Positions 13,001-24,727 of a stretch of DNA of 64,000 nt are shown in pieces. Both the position numbers and the translations under genes were made by a program. The stretch is from Tubiluchus corallicola (lineage: Eukaryota; Animalia; Priapulida), in assembly GCA_030141605.1 (NCBI GenBank), contig JAQGDQ010000803.1, positions 1-64,000 on the forward strand. The letters run 5' to 3'. Each line of letters opens with the position of its first letter. Position 1 is the stretch's first letter. The notes beneath the pieces were generated by a model that searched no databases, was not told the origin of the DNA, and saw only the letters and a list, made by a program, of their open reading frames with translations.

Positions 13001-14594
13001 TTGAACATGTCCGAACTGAGAGGTGCCGCATCTGTGTTTTGTGCAGTGCATAGTACCCGCCTAACTAAAGAATGACGAAATGCGTGTAATAGTGAAGAAC
13101 TGCTCGCACAAATTCAAAATTATATTTCCGTGGTAATAATTCTTTCACATAAACAATTCTTGAAAAAATATCAAGTTCCCTTTCAATATTTTCTAGATTA
13201 GATTGTTTATAGCTATAGTTGAAAACTGAGTCTAGTTTTCCTCTAAATTCCAATTCTTAAGTTCCTCACTGTTAAATTACACAACACTTGCACACACATA
13301 TAGTTACAATGTGAAAACCCAACGGTCAAAATAAAGAACTATGCACTCACATATTTTCCTAAAAATGGTGATAAAATAAAACCAACTAATTGAAAGCTGC
13401 CTATAATAAAGCCCACTTCTGTTTTTGTTGCTCCTTTTGTAATGCCCTATTAAAAAAGAAATTAAACTTATATTAGTTCATGCTACTCGGTGTAAATCAT
13501 TAGCGCATTGAGATCTAACAGATTTAGAACAAAAACAAAACAGAATCCTCCAAAACAACAGTCCATTTACAGCCCGAGTTTTTGAGGAGATTCTGGCTGT
13601 AACTATTCACTTACAGTAATATAGCACATTACAATCCAAAGAGTCTTCCCAATTCCCATTCTCCTAAACTTAGTCAGTTAAACATCTTTATGAAGAAGTT
13701 CTAAAGGTAATTGCTAAGACACTAGATCAAGTAGAATACAGGTGAGCTTTATTTTATAATGTAAAATGTAAGCATACATTTTAACACAGGTAATACTGCA
13801 AAAGCGTTTCTGACAGTTAAATAATAGATTAAAAACTTAATTAACGGCAGGCGAGCCCAACTATTGATGACATCACAAACTAACATAATTTTCAACAGCA
13901 AAAATATTCCACGAGCGTGTTGAACGTGTTTGCGAAAGAGAAAATTGAAGTACAGTGCCACTGTAAGATATTCAGTGTGTTGTACTGAAACTAGGCAAAT
14001 TTTAAAATAATAATTTAAGTTTCAAATTTACTGTTGTGCTCACACATGAGCTGTCGAACATGTGCAGTTTGTCACAAACAAGCACATTTGAACTAAGAGC
14101 TACAGCACCTGTTTTTGTGCAATGCGTTTCCAAAATGTAGGCACTAGTGCCCGTCTAACTAGCGAATGGGGTAATGCACGTAACAGCGAACAGCTAGTGG
14201 TGCGAACGCGAAACTGTGTTTGAGTGGTAATAATTCTTTCATGTAAGTCATTTAAAATAAAACAGTATGTTTCCTTTCATTATTTTAATGAGTAGATTGT
14301 TTTGACCTACAATTTAAGATTGGATGCGGTTTTGCTTTATATTACTCGAAGACGTACCTCATCGGGAAAGAATGGAGCAATAAGAGAGTAACTAGCACCA
14401 CTGAAGAAGTCTGCTACGGCAATGGCAAGAATGGTAAGCTTCGCTCTTGTCGAGAGGTCAAAAAAGCTTCCCTGGGGCGGTTCGTACACGACGCTAGGTT
14501 CGCCGAGCGACTCCGTGCGCCGTCGCTCGCTTTCCGTAAAACTTCCGCTAGGATGGTGGAATCGTTCCAAAGATGTCATTCGTTGGAAAGACAT
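972..14594 (-). CDS. SLC18B1: MFS-type transporter SLC18B1-like, multi-exon, 3' end beyond left edge. Coding exons: 14594-14358, 13446-13351, 12224-12151, 11381-11234, 9723-9655, [9426-9336 or 7063-6973], 6408-6272, 4318-4220, 2899-2805, 1067-972
   Basis: All introns GT..AG with compatible phases. The spliced product reads ...SYSLIAPFFPDE|GITKGATKTEVGFIIGSFQLVGFILSPFLGKY|MAFLGCKFVFITGIF...|...IIANEFPAQLSTIF|GILETFFGVGMMCGPPIGGALYQ|LGGFTVPF...|...LGFLEATLALYL|FGLSFTTIGFIFL...|...FIGPSPIFNI|QLWVVIICLVMQGLSLG..., collinear with SLC18B1 motifs. Confidence 0.88.
1161..1552 (+). mobile_element. hAT MITE family A, copy 1
   Basis: TIR CAGGGGTGTGCA, TSD AGTTACAA. Confidence 0.85.
2805..2899 (-). CDS. 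SLC18B1: SLC18B1 exon (TM9)
   Basis: GRCKVLMAIATTFNMLAFVFIGPSPIFNIDG, 95 nt, CAG/GTAAG. Confidence 0.85.
3085..4160. repeat. 60-bp tandem array, about 18 copies
   Basis: Unit TGTCAGAAGATTAAGATGCGTTCACATGTAGAGAGCTCTCTTGCAACTGGTTGCACNNGT. Confidence 0.95.
4220..4318 (-). CDS. SLC18B1: SLC18B1 exon (TM8)
   Basis: FGLSFTTIGFIFLVPSALYAGLAPAFGWVGDTK, 99 nt. Confidence 0.85.
4480..4760 (-). mobile_element. Penelope-like terminal remnant
   Basis: Minus strand CTGATGATGACA...TGTCGAAAC; similar to 33395-33590. Confidence 0.5.
5835..6190 (+). repeat. Dispersed repeat; second copy at 59565-59930
   Basis: Near-identical blocks CTAGTTTATTAAGCGAGAATTCTACAAC...ATTCTAATAGACGCCAGCGA. Confidence 0.75.
6272..6408 (-). 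CDS. SLC18B1: SLC18B1 exon (central loop and TM7)
   Basis: TAG|DAQSSGSQNFISMLLIPSVLIATSNVVGGALSLGFLEATLALYLAM|GTATC, 137 nt, phase 1-0. Confidence 0.8.
6973..7063 (-). CDS. SLC18B1: SLC18B1 alternative exon B (TM6 paralogue)
   Basis: CAG|VGGFVLPFAVMGFFLFVGAFFNYVCLPNRL+1nt|GTAAG, 91 nt, phase 0-1. Confidence 0.85.
7757..8540. repeat. Compound minisatellite of about 36-38 bp (TGTGACTT submotif)
   Basis: CATTGTGAGTTTTTTCTGTGACTTTTCCCCTGTGACTT variants. Confidence 0.9.
8555..9170. mobile_element. Dispersed TIR-type element; fragments at 42850-42915 and tandemly duplicated at 44205-44598 (minus)
   Basis: Imperfect inverted ends (TGTGTGCTTGCAAACCAAA / TTTTGTTATGCAGGCACACA) and shared internal sequence. 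Confidence 0.5.
9336..9426 (-). CDS. SLC18B1: SLC18B1 alternative exon A (TM6)
   Basis: CAG|LGGFTVPFAVVGVCLLIAAVVNYCMLPSGI+1nt|GTAAG, 91 nt, phase 0-1. Confidence 0.85.
9655..9723 (-). CDS. SLC18B1: SLC18B1 exon (TM5, GxxxGPxIGG motif C)
   Basis: GILETFFGVGMMCGPPIGGALYQ, 69 nt, CAG/GTAAA flanks. Confidence 0.88.
9950..10160 (+). repeat. Dispersed repeat; second copy at 56345-56570
   Basis: Shared ATCCTGCTAGTAAATCACTCTACGCACAGACT...TTAACCTTTGACCT. Confidence 0.7.
10498..11142 (+). mobile_element. hAT MITE family B, copy 1
   Basis: CAGGGAT...ATCCCTG termini, TSD TCAAGAAT. Confidence 0.8.
11234..11381 (-). CDS. SLC18B1: SLC18B1 exon (TM4)
   Basis: LLNLVPDGTPFVAWCFIVRSVQAAGMHAFTTASYAIIANEFPAQLSTIF|GTAAGT, 148 nt. 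Confidence 0.88.
11480..11974 (-). mobile_element. 3' end of a LINE (L2/CR1 group)
   Basis: RTNTHYGTNSVIKQAILLWNSLPLQVKQIKSLSAFKTKLKSLI, then 3' UTR ending AATAAAG(ATT)/(TA)n. Confidence 0.75.
12151..12224 (-). CDS. SLC18B1: SLC18B1 exon (TM3)
   Basis: CAG|MAFLGCKFVFITGIFVGGCSSFLFG|GTAAG, 74 nt. Confidence 0.85.
13351..13446 (-). CDS. SLC18B1: SLC18B1 exon (TM2)
   Basis: AG|GITKGATKTEVGFIIGSFQLVGFILSPFLGKY|GTGAGT, 96 nt, phase 0-0. Confidence 0.85.
14358..14594 (-). CDS. SLC18B1: SLC18B1 first coding exon (N-terminal tail and TM1)
   Basis: ATG at 14594; acceptor near 14638; ends APFFPDE|GTACGT. Confidence 0.85.
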
Positions 14595-14734
14595 TGTGAT
14601 GTTTCTCAGCGACGTCTCTGAACTTACAACTAAGTAATCTGTAATCAGTTAATAAAAAAATGAATGAAATCAATACAAAAGTTGCAGTAAATAAATGCCC
14701 CTGTATGAAATTCAAGGCGTGACCAGAAGCCAAC

Positions 14735-15116
14735 CAGGGGCGTATTAACCAAGAGGGTGATAACCTGGGTTGCCAAAGTTTGCGGGGCCTCCTAGGAAAA
14801 TGTGTATACTTTCATATTCCTGTAAAGAGCGCATTTTATGACACACCACAGGCAGTTACTGAGGGCAGCTTTATATAAGTGCCACATAATGAACAGTCAC
14901 AAGGTATTACACAAGCAGTTGCGCAGCCTGCTTGAATATAAGCGCTATGCAATTACATGCAATTAATAATGACCACATCAAAACTAGGTTAATAGTGTTT
15001 CTAATACATCACGGGTAATTGTTTAATCTGCTCATTACATAACCATAAATTCACAATAGAGAAGGACGGGACAGAACTATCGGCCTAGGGCGTCCTAAAG
15101 TGTTGATACGCCCCTG
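14735..15116. mobile_element. hAT-like MITE
   Basis: TIR CAGGGGCGTAT, TSD AAGCCAAC/CAGCCAAC. Confidence 0.75.
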
Positions 15117-15469
15117 CAGCCAACATGTCACACCAGGCTTTGGGGTGGCAGGAAAACTGGTATTATAATATCCCAGCAGCCAAATTTCTAGAGGATTGTT
15201 CATTCCACCACATGCTCATTCACAGCGTTCAGGTTACCATGACTACCGATGCCCACATGCCTTTTTAACTCAAACATTTGTAGAACCAAAATCCATGTAA
15301 ACTTGAATGTAAAATAAAACATATTAGATGCCAGTTACGACTCCTTCACAAGTTCAACATCAAAAAGTTGCAAGTAATTATAGGAATGCGTATGGTACAA
15401 TGTATAATCCATCCACAATATCTATAGATTTCTGCAATTTGATTCATAATTACTTAATTTCTTCTAAGT

Positions 15470-15670
<201 letters not shown>

Positions 15671-17680
15671 CGAGGAAAAGCCATTTTTGCATGGGGACAA
15701 GTTCTATAATTAGCAGTTACAATTAGCATAAAAAACACCAATTGACCGCTAGCGCCAAGCATTTTGTTCGTGTGCAGTTGAATCTTAACAGTTAACACTT
15801 ACCAATCTCTATAAACAAATCGCTGAGACGAGTTGCCTCAACTTACCAGTCTTATAAGAATTTGCTTCACATTCGGCATTCTGTCGTTCTTTATCCGTCA
15901 CTTTTGTGCAAATATTTGATGTGCCCATCGCAAAGTGTTAACAATTCACGAATCAAAGAACTACATTGTAAATACAAATTTGCAGTTCAAGCAGCTGATG
16001 CATTGGTAACCAACGGTCTGATGATAAATTTCACAATAAAATCGGACGTCCTAGTGAAAGGTCAACTTACAAAGTATCCAACATGTATAAATCAACGTTG
16101 CTGTCAGACAATGCAGTCAGACAATGTTGCAGTCACACACACCTCAGACAAGCAGAGACGTTCTACTGTATAAGCTGTTCCACATCGTGGCAGAAGCGTA
16201 CGTACATTAATCTAAGTCAGCATAGTTATTTGTTAACTCTTGCTATTGAGAGCATACATTAACGCAAACACTGTAGAAATGGAAAGTGTCTTTAACCTGG
16301 CCGAACCAGTTCAAAAACTAGTCGTGTAAGAAAGTGAAACGCGTGCTCGATAGACAGCTGCTGCTTGCCTGGCCAGCCGGCCGGCGTCAGACGAGCCATT
16401 GACATTCCACACGAGTGGACCGATGTCATACAAACTAAAGCTTCATACTGCAGTTGGAACAAATAGCAGTGTGTCATAATATAAAGAGGACAAGGTCAGA
16501 GCGTGACCTACGTGCTAATAGAACTACGATTGCAGAAAGGCTCAACGCAGGAAGATTGGACTAGTAACTACACTCTGGTAGTGTGAATATTGGGGTTATT
16601 GTGCTGCGCTAGCACGTTGTGCATAATTTGTTGCTGTTGTAACGAACAACTAAAGTTCAACAACTTCGGCAGCAAAAAGTCAGTTTAAATTGAATTTGGC
16701 ACGGTTACTAAGAAAAACTATTTTTGTGGGTAAATGGTGACGTCACGACTCGACAAGTTAAACTCATTTGCACAGAATTGGCGAATTTTTGTTGCTCTGG
16801 TCGCCAATCCTGTTTCAAATCCAAAACAAAACAACTCCAATTTAAATGAAATTTGGTACGGCTATGGACTTGCATACAAAGCACGCAATGGAGAGCGGTT
16901 CAAGAAATTTGCTGCAATGGAATTAAAATAAAATAAATTTGATTTAATTTGTGAACTCACCAAGTTTGGTCTAAGTTGAATAAAAAATGTGTAATCTTGG
17001 GACAAAATGGTCAAGGATCAAGCCAAGAGACTCGTCTGTTGACTAACTGAAACCCTAGCAATACATTACAAAATATCACAATTGTATCTGAACTTGAAAT
17101 GGCAATATCTTTGTTCACATGTTGCATGTATCATTGTAGTGATAACCTAAATGACCTCTAGAAGAACATGGCGGTGACCCGAGTCATGATGTAGGCCAAA
17201 AGCGTCAGAAGCCGAAACGTTCTAGAGTCACAACTGAAGCTTAATTGGGAAAAATAGTGAGGATGGGAAATTTTATATCCAGTAATAAAGTCACAGGAAG
17301 AAAAGTCACAATTTTGGCAAGGAGAAAACCTACAGGAAAACCTAAACAATTAAAGTAATAAAACAGAAAATATTTTAAATCAGTTATTAACTGGCAACTT
17401 ATACATATTGACTAAGCTGTTTATATATGACATCATTACGTGCATGTGAGAAAAACACGAATAGTTCAATATCTTAGGAATAGGGGTTAAGGTTAGGGTT
17501 ATTTTTTCTCTGCGACTTCATGTGACATTTTTCTGTGTTTTTTTTTACCTGTGACTTTATTACCTGGATTTGGGAAATTGATATGAAATTGTGGAAGTTA
17601 CCATCAAATTGTGAATAAGTAAAATAACAGAAAATCCGTTTGTGTGAGAACAGAACCCTCTCCTCGTCGAAAGGCCTAAC

Positions 17681-18813
17681 GAACACATTTAAGAATACGT
17701 TTTAAAAACAATAGAACAGCTCAAGTTTATCTGCACACATTACTTAGGAACACATTTTAAGAATACGTTTAAAAACAATAGAACAGCTTAAGTTTGTCTG
17801 CACACATTACTTAGGAACACATTTTAAGAATACGTTTAAAAACAATAGAACAGCTTAAGTTTATCTGCACACATTACTTAGGAACACATTTTAAGAATAC
17901 GTTTAAAAACAATAGAACAGCTTAAGTTTATCTGCACACATTACTTAGGAACACATTTTAAGAATACGTTTAAAAACAATAGAACAGCTTAAGTTTATCT
18001 GCACACATTACTTAGGAACACATTTTAAGAATACGTTTAAAAACAATAGAACAGCTTAAGTTTATTTGCACACATTACTTAGGAACACATTTTAAGAATA
18101 CGTTTAAAAACAATAGAACAGCTTAAGTTTATTTGCACACATTACTTAGGAACACATTTTAAGAATACGTTTAAAAACAATAGAACAGCTTAAGTTTATC
18201 TGCACACATTACTTAGGAACACATTTTAAGAATACGTTTAAAAACAATAGAACAGCTTAAGTTTATCTGCACACATTACTTAGGAACACATTTTAAGAAT
18301 ACGTTTAAAAACAATAGAACAGCTTAAGTTTATTTGCACACATTACTTAGGAACACATTTTAAGAATACGTTTAAAAACAATAGAACAGCTTAAGTTTAT
18401 CTGCACACATTACTTAGGAACACATTTTAAGAATACGTTTAAAAACAATAGAACAGCTTAAGTTTATCTGCACACATTACTTAGGAACACATTTTAAGAA
18501 TACGTTTAAAAACAATAGAACAGCTTAAGTTTATTTGCACACATTACTGGAACTTTTAAGAATACGTTTAAAAACAATAGAACAGCTTAAGTTTGTCTGC
18601 ACACATTACTTAGGAACACATTTTAAGAATACGTTTAAAAACAATAGAACAGCTTAAGTTTATCTGCACACATTACTTAGGAACACATTTTAAGAATACG
18701 TTTAAAAACAATAGAACAGCTTACGTTTATCTGCACACATTACTTAGGAACACATTTTAAGAATACGTTTAAAAACAATAGAACAGCTTAAGTTTATCTG
18801 CACACATTACTTA
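17681..18813. repeat. 67-bp tandem array, about 17 copies
   Basis: GAACACATTTTAAGAATACGTTTAAAAACAATAGAACAGCTTAAGTTTATCTGCACACATTACTTAG. Confidence 0.95.
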
Positions 18814-19931
18814 GGGTTAATCAAAGAGGAAACCAAAAAGTAGAAAATTAAAAGAGATTAGAAATCAGGACTAAAGGGACTGGATGTTGCAAAGCTAGTC
18901 TCAAAATCCATAATATGCAATTTCTTGCACCAGGTTACCTATCATTTCAATACGCCTATATGCATGACGGCTACTAATATGCATGATGGCAAACATATTA
19001 GTTGTATGATTTGTATGGCTTCTGAAAATTTGCTACAACTGAGTTATGCCCAAACAATATTTGTAATCTTTATTGTTTAAGCCACACTACTAACACGCTA
19101 CCACTAATACTACACTGTACTCAAAAATTTATATTTCAGATAAACTTGCAAGCAAAAAAAGGTAAATATGCTAGATATAGAAACTGAAAGCCAGGAAGTA
19201 GACAGCAAAAATGCAAGTGTCTATAAAGACAGAGGCAAAGCACATAATGTCTAGGAATACTTTCAAATAAATGAGCAAATCTCAGCAAAATGCAAAACAG
19301 TAATGGAAACAGAAATGTATCTCTGTACTAAAGTCAAACTTCTTTATAGTACCTACTTTGGGACAGTTGGTGTTAAGCGAGTTTGGCATGATAACGAGTT
19401 ACATTAATATATTTGTCTATACAAATTCAGACATTTTGTTTTGCCAAAAATGAGGGAGCCAGGCGAAGTTGGCATTACAAGAAAGGAGGAAGTATGACCC
19501 CCGTACATCGAGTTAGCTACACTTAACTGATCGCTAAATATCTACGGTGCACTAGGATTTTCTTGCACGGTGATCAGCAAAATTTTTAAAGGATACCATA
19601 CGTTTCATTTTCAAATTCTTTTAAATTCCACATGCGTGCGTAAGGATTTGTTACCGTACTCTATAGTCTATAGTTGCAGTTGTTGCAAATTCCAGCGTAT
19701 GCTACCGTTTTAGACAAACAACAGAAATGCTTTAGTACAACATCCAGCACGCCTGAAGATTTCCAATGCATGAAAAAATATCTTCCTTCAACTGACATGT
19801 AGAATTACAAGCGGTATTGTCTGCGACTCATCTGTAAGGATCTCATTCCTACCCAGCTTCCTTAGCATACAAGTATACAGCAACAAGATTTGCTAGCACC
19901 TTATATAATGGAAGACATTCAATGATATGAA

Positions 19932-20022
19932 CAGGGCCTATTTCAAGGGGGGGGGGGGATTTGCGGATTTTTCCCGGGGCCTCGCGCGAAAGTAACATTT
20001 TTTTGCTTTATGTTTCCTCCCC

Positions 20023-20121
<99 letters not shown>

Positions 20122-20392
20122 TATATCTCTCTCTTTTTCTTGCAGCACACGCGCTGTTTGCCAGTATTGACAAGTATGAAGGACTGGTCTTGAGAATAAA
20201 GCAGTTTTTCTTACAATTGTTCTTTCCTTTAACAACTGTATAACTCCATATTTTCTCTTCGAAAATGCTTCTCCGGCATTCTAGCAGTTCAAAAATTTTC
20301 TGGGCGCCAACCATGGTAGCGACTGACCCCCCCCCTATGGGGTCTCACACGCCCCACTTCCCCAGGCCTCGCCTAGGCTGAAATAGGCCCTG
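19932..20392. mobile_element. hAT-like MITE carrying an internal (CT)n tract
   Basis: TIR CAGGGCCTATTTCA, TSD GATATGAA. Confidence 0.85.
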
Positions 20393-22475
20393 GATATGAA
20401 CACTTTTTAATTTGCTCACTAAAATAAGTCAAATAATACGTATGTTATGCAGACACAAGAGAGACGAAGGCATCAATATGGTGAAATCTAATGATCTCCT
20501 AAGCAGTAATGCAAATGTTTAAGTTATTCTATGTGAAATCTCCGTGTTTCTGCAAACTGCAGACCGCACCGCACCTCCACAAAAGTACCTCCACATTAAA
20601 ACTCAAAAATAAACATCATTATCCATCGTCTGCCAACACCACCACAAAAGTACCTCCACATTAAAACTCAAAAATAAACATCATTATCTGTCGTCTGCCA
20701 ACAGAATCACACCAGTTTTCACTTCTACAGCAAAAATTTGTTTTGATCGAATAAATTATTTCAAATTTATATTCAGTAGCAATCTCAATAATAATTGAAA
20801 TAAAAGCAGGTTAATTTTACTCACCTGCCTGAATTGGAACGAAATTACAATCAAGTTTTTCCGACAATAATACCTCATATCATCGTACACGTGTTCTGCA
20901 ATGCCTGCCTTGTCACATGTATGCATCTCTACAAGTATATGTAGCAATTAGTGTCCTTTGAACTGCACTGTCCACCATATCTATAAAATAAACAGCAAGT
21001 GTGACTGGCTAACAAATTTGTCAATGTATTTCTTATTATCAGTTCTAGCTGAGCATTACCAGAGCTGTGCATTATGTACACATGGGACTTTCGGTTGTAT
21101 AATTTGTAGCTACCTACACAAATTAATATCTCATTTTATTTATTGACTGGTTCCTAGTCTTTTCTGTGCACTACATGCAAGAAATATTTAAATTTTTGAT
21201 AACCATTCAATGGTTACTAACACATAAAACAAGAATAAATGATAAAATTTATCAAAATAATTGATACTTTGTGGCTTTCCCTGAAATTCCCCTATCTTCT
21301 TTCCCGTTAGAGCATGTAGCGGCTGTAGCCAGTGCGGGAAACCGAGCAACGAGAACACCTAAACAGTCACAGTATTCGCACAGTGATGAAAGTTAAGCAG
21401 CACTGGCCCAGCCAGTAAATGTGTGGGTGGCTATACTGTCTTCAACTATTTCTCTCATTAAGGGACAATGTATGTGTGCACCTAAGACAGGACGGGACTA
21501 CGACACCTGTGCCAGTTCAGTTTCTAATCTAATCATTGACATCTATGAATAAACAAATTTGAAACAAAGATGCTAAATTACATTACTAGTAATTGCCCTT
21601 TATAACATACTGAACTTTTAAAGCTCAAGTAAATTTGGCTACTGTGATATAGTTTACTTTCTGTCCTGTAGGAGGCAACAGTTACATGACATATAGTTTA
21701 GTTTCTGTGCTGTAGGAGGCAACACTTACATGATGTATAGTTTAGTTTAGTCCTGTAAGAGGCAGCCGAAGACACAAACCATAAAAAAAAAAACTAATCC
21801 TGTGAGGCAAAATTCATTATCCCGGACCAGATTTAAACCTTTGGTGGGATATTTCAGGTTCTGGGGCCTTAACATAGAAACAAAATTATTAGACAAATAA
21901 AAATAAAATGATAAACTGCATTTGCTCAGAAAATATGTTAGATTTTGAAGAAGTCTGAGGCGAAGAGCTGTATTAAATTACAGTAATTATAAAGATAGTC
22001 TTCGTTTATAAACATCGGGGCTTCTCAAGAAGGGGGGTAGATAATTGCTCCCTTAAAAATCCAGCCTTGTTTTTATTGATGACTACTGAGTCATGACTGG
22101 TACCGGCTAAAAGTTGAGAAAGTGCATCTAATGATAAAACTAGTGAAATAGGTGAAGTACTCATTAATTCTAAATATTATATTTAGAGCTAGCTAGTATC
22201 ACAACCCACAAGCTTTCAGTTTTAATATTAGTAATTCAAACATTTGCGTACTTACATAGTAGTGGTTAAGTTTACTCACCCTAATTCGAGACCATTAATG
22301 ATGTGCTGATCTAGTTTTGATAGTAATTCAGCAGGTAAGTCCAATTATAACCTCGGTGCACAGACAGAACAGCATCCAACAGTTAGATAATTTATTTACT
22401 TCCTACTCGAATATTTCATGCTGCAGAGAATAAGTGTTATTACTTATGATAAAAACACGCTGCTACATATCTGCA

Positions 22476-23337
<862 letters not shown>

Positions 23338-24727
23338 TTGAGATCCGTGTATTTACAGGCAGATGTATTTATAGTTTCAGCTAAAATTAAGTAACTAGTA
23401 CGTTTAACACTGCCTGCAGTTCTGACCTTCATACAGCACCAATTTCAATAATTGTTACCTCACACAAAGACTTGACATCAACATATAATTACCAGTAAAA
23501 GCTTAAGTTATGAATTTGTGATAGCGTAGAATTTGATAGCTTATAATCGTACATACAGACATTTAATAAAATTAATAGTGAAAAAAGCGAGTCTCAGAAA
23601 AACTCAAGTTTCTTTATGAATTTTAATCCTATAACACGCATCCTAATCTTTTCACATACGCTGCTTGCTTGTCTGACTAGCTCACACTTTGCTAAAAACG
23701 GAACGTCAACGACGAATAACCGCGAATAAATTCTAGTGACACGCAAAAAGAAAAAACTGGCATATACATTTTAGCCACAACTTGATAAATTTATTGGACA
23801 ATTTTTCACTTAGTTTGACTTCAAAAAATAGCTACATAGTAAATTACATTTTCAAAAAAACCACAACAAAAATGAAAGCTTTTGTTAGACTAACATGAGT
23901 AGTGCCTATTACAGGCCTACATGAGTCACGTTTTACTGTAATGACAGTTATTTTTAATACCTCTAAATAAATGCAACTTAAGACTTGCGCATAAACTAAA
24001 AAGAATTTAAAAATTACTAGTGATTATGAGCATTTAAATTTGCACAAATACAATATTGAATTTCACACTTGAACTATTCAAACTTATAAATCTTCAAATT
24101 TACGAAAGTATATTAATTACATTTTGCTGATTAGCATAATTTATATCTTAACATACCATTTAGCATACCGTAGGTTTGTTATTGCAATATCAAGACACAC
24201 AATTATCAAGATATTACGACGATCTCAGTTCGGTGACTGCATTATAGGTTCATGGCTATTTATATGTGAAAATGAAATCACAATTGTTTGTGGTGTATTA
24301 GAAGTATAGCTATGTGGTTACAGTAAATTACATAAATTTGATTGGCAGAGCAGGCTGCGCGACTGCTTGTAGTGTACTACTTTTTATAAAATGTATTTGT
24401 TTGCTATTAGCGGTTATATAAAAGTAGATAAGCTAACTGCTTGTGATGTGTTATAAAATATGGGTTTTAGATGAAAGGGATACACATTTACAAGGAAAAT
24501 AAGAATTTTTTAACACTGGGTGTTTTTTTTTAAATTTGGCACCCCTCAAAATTTAACACCCTAGGTTGTAGCCTATTCGTAGATAAGCCCTCGGTAATAT
24601 CATACACAATTCTCCAATGAACCTTGTTCTGTACCTTACAACCAGTGGAACATTAAAAAAAATACTGCTAAATTAACTACAGCAAAGTCATGGTATACTG
24701 TATGCTTTCAAGTCACGTTTTCTCAGT

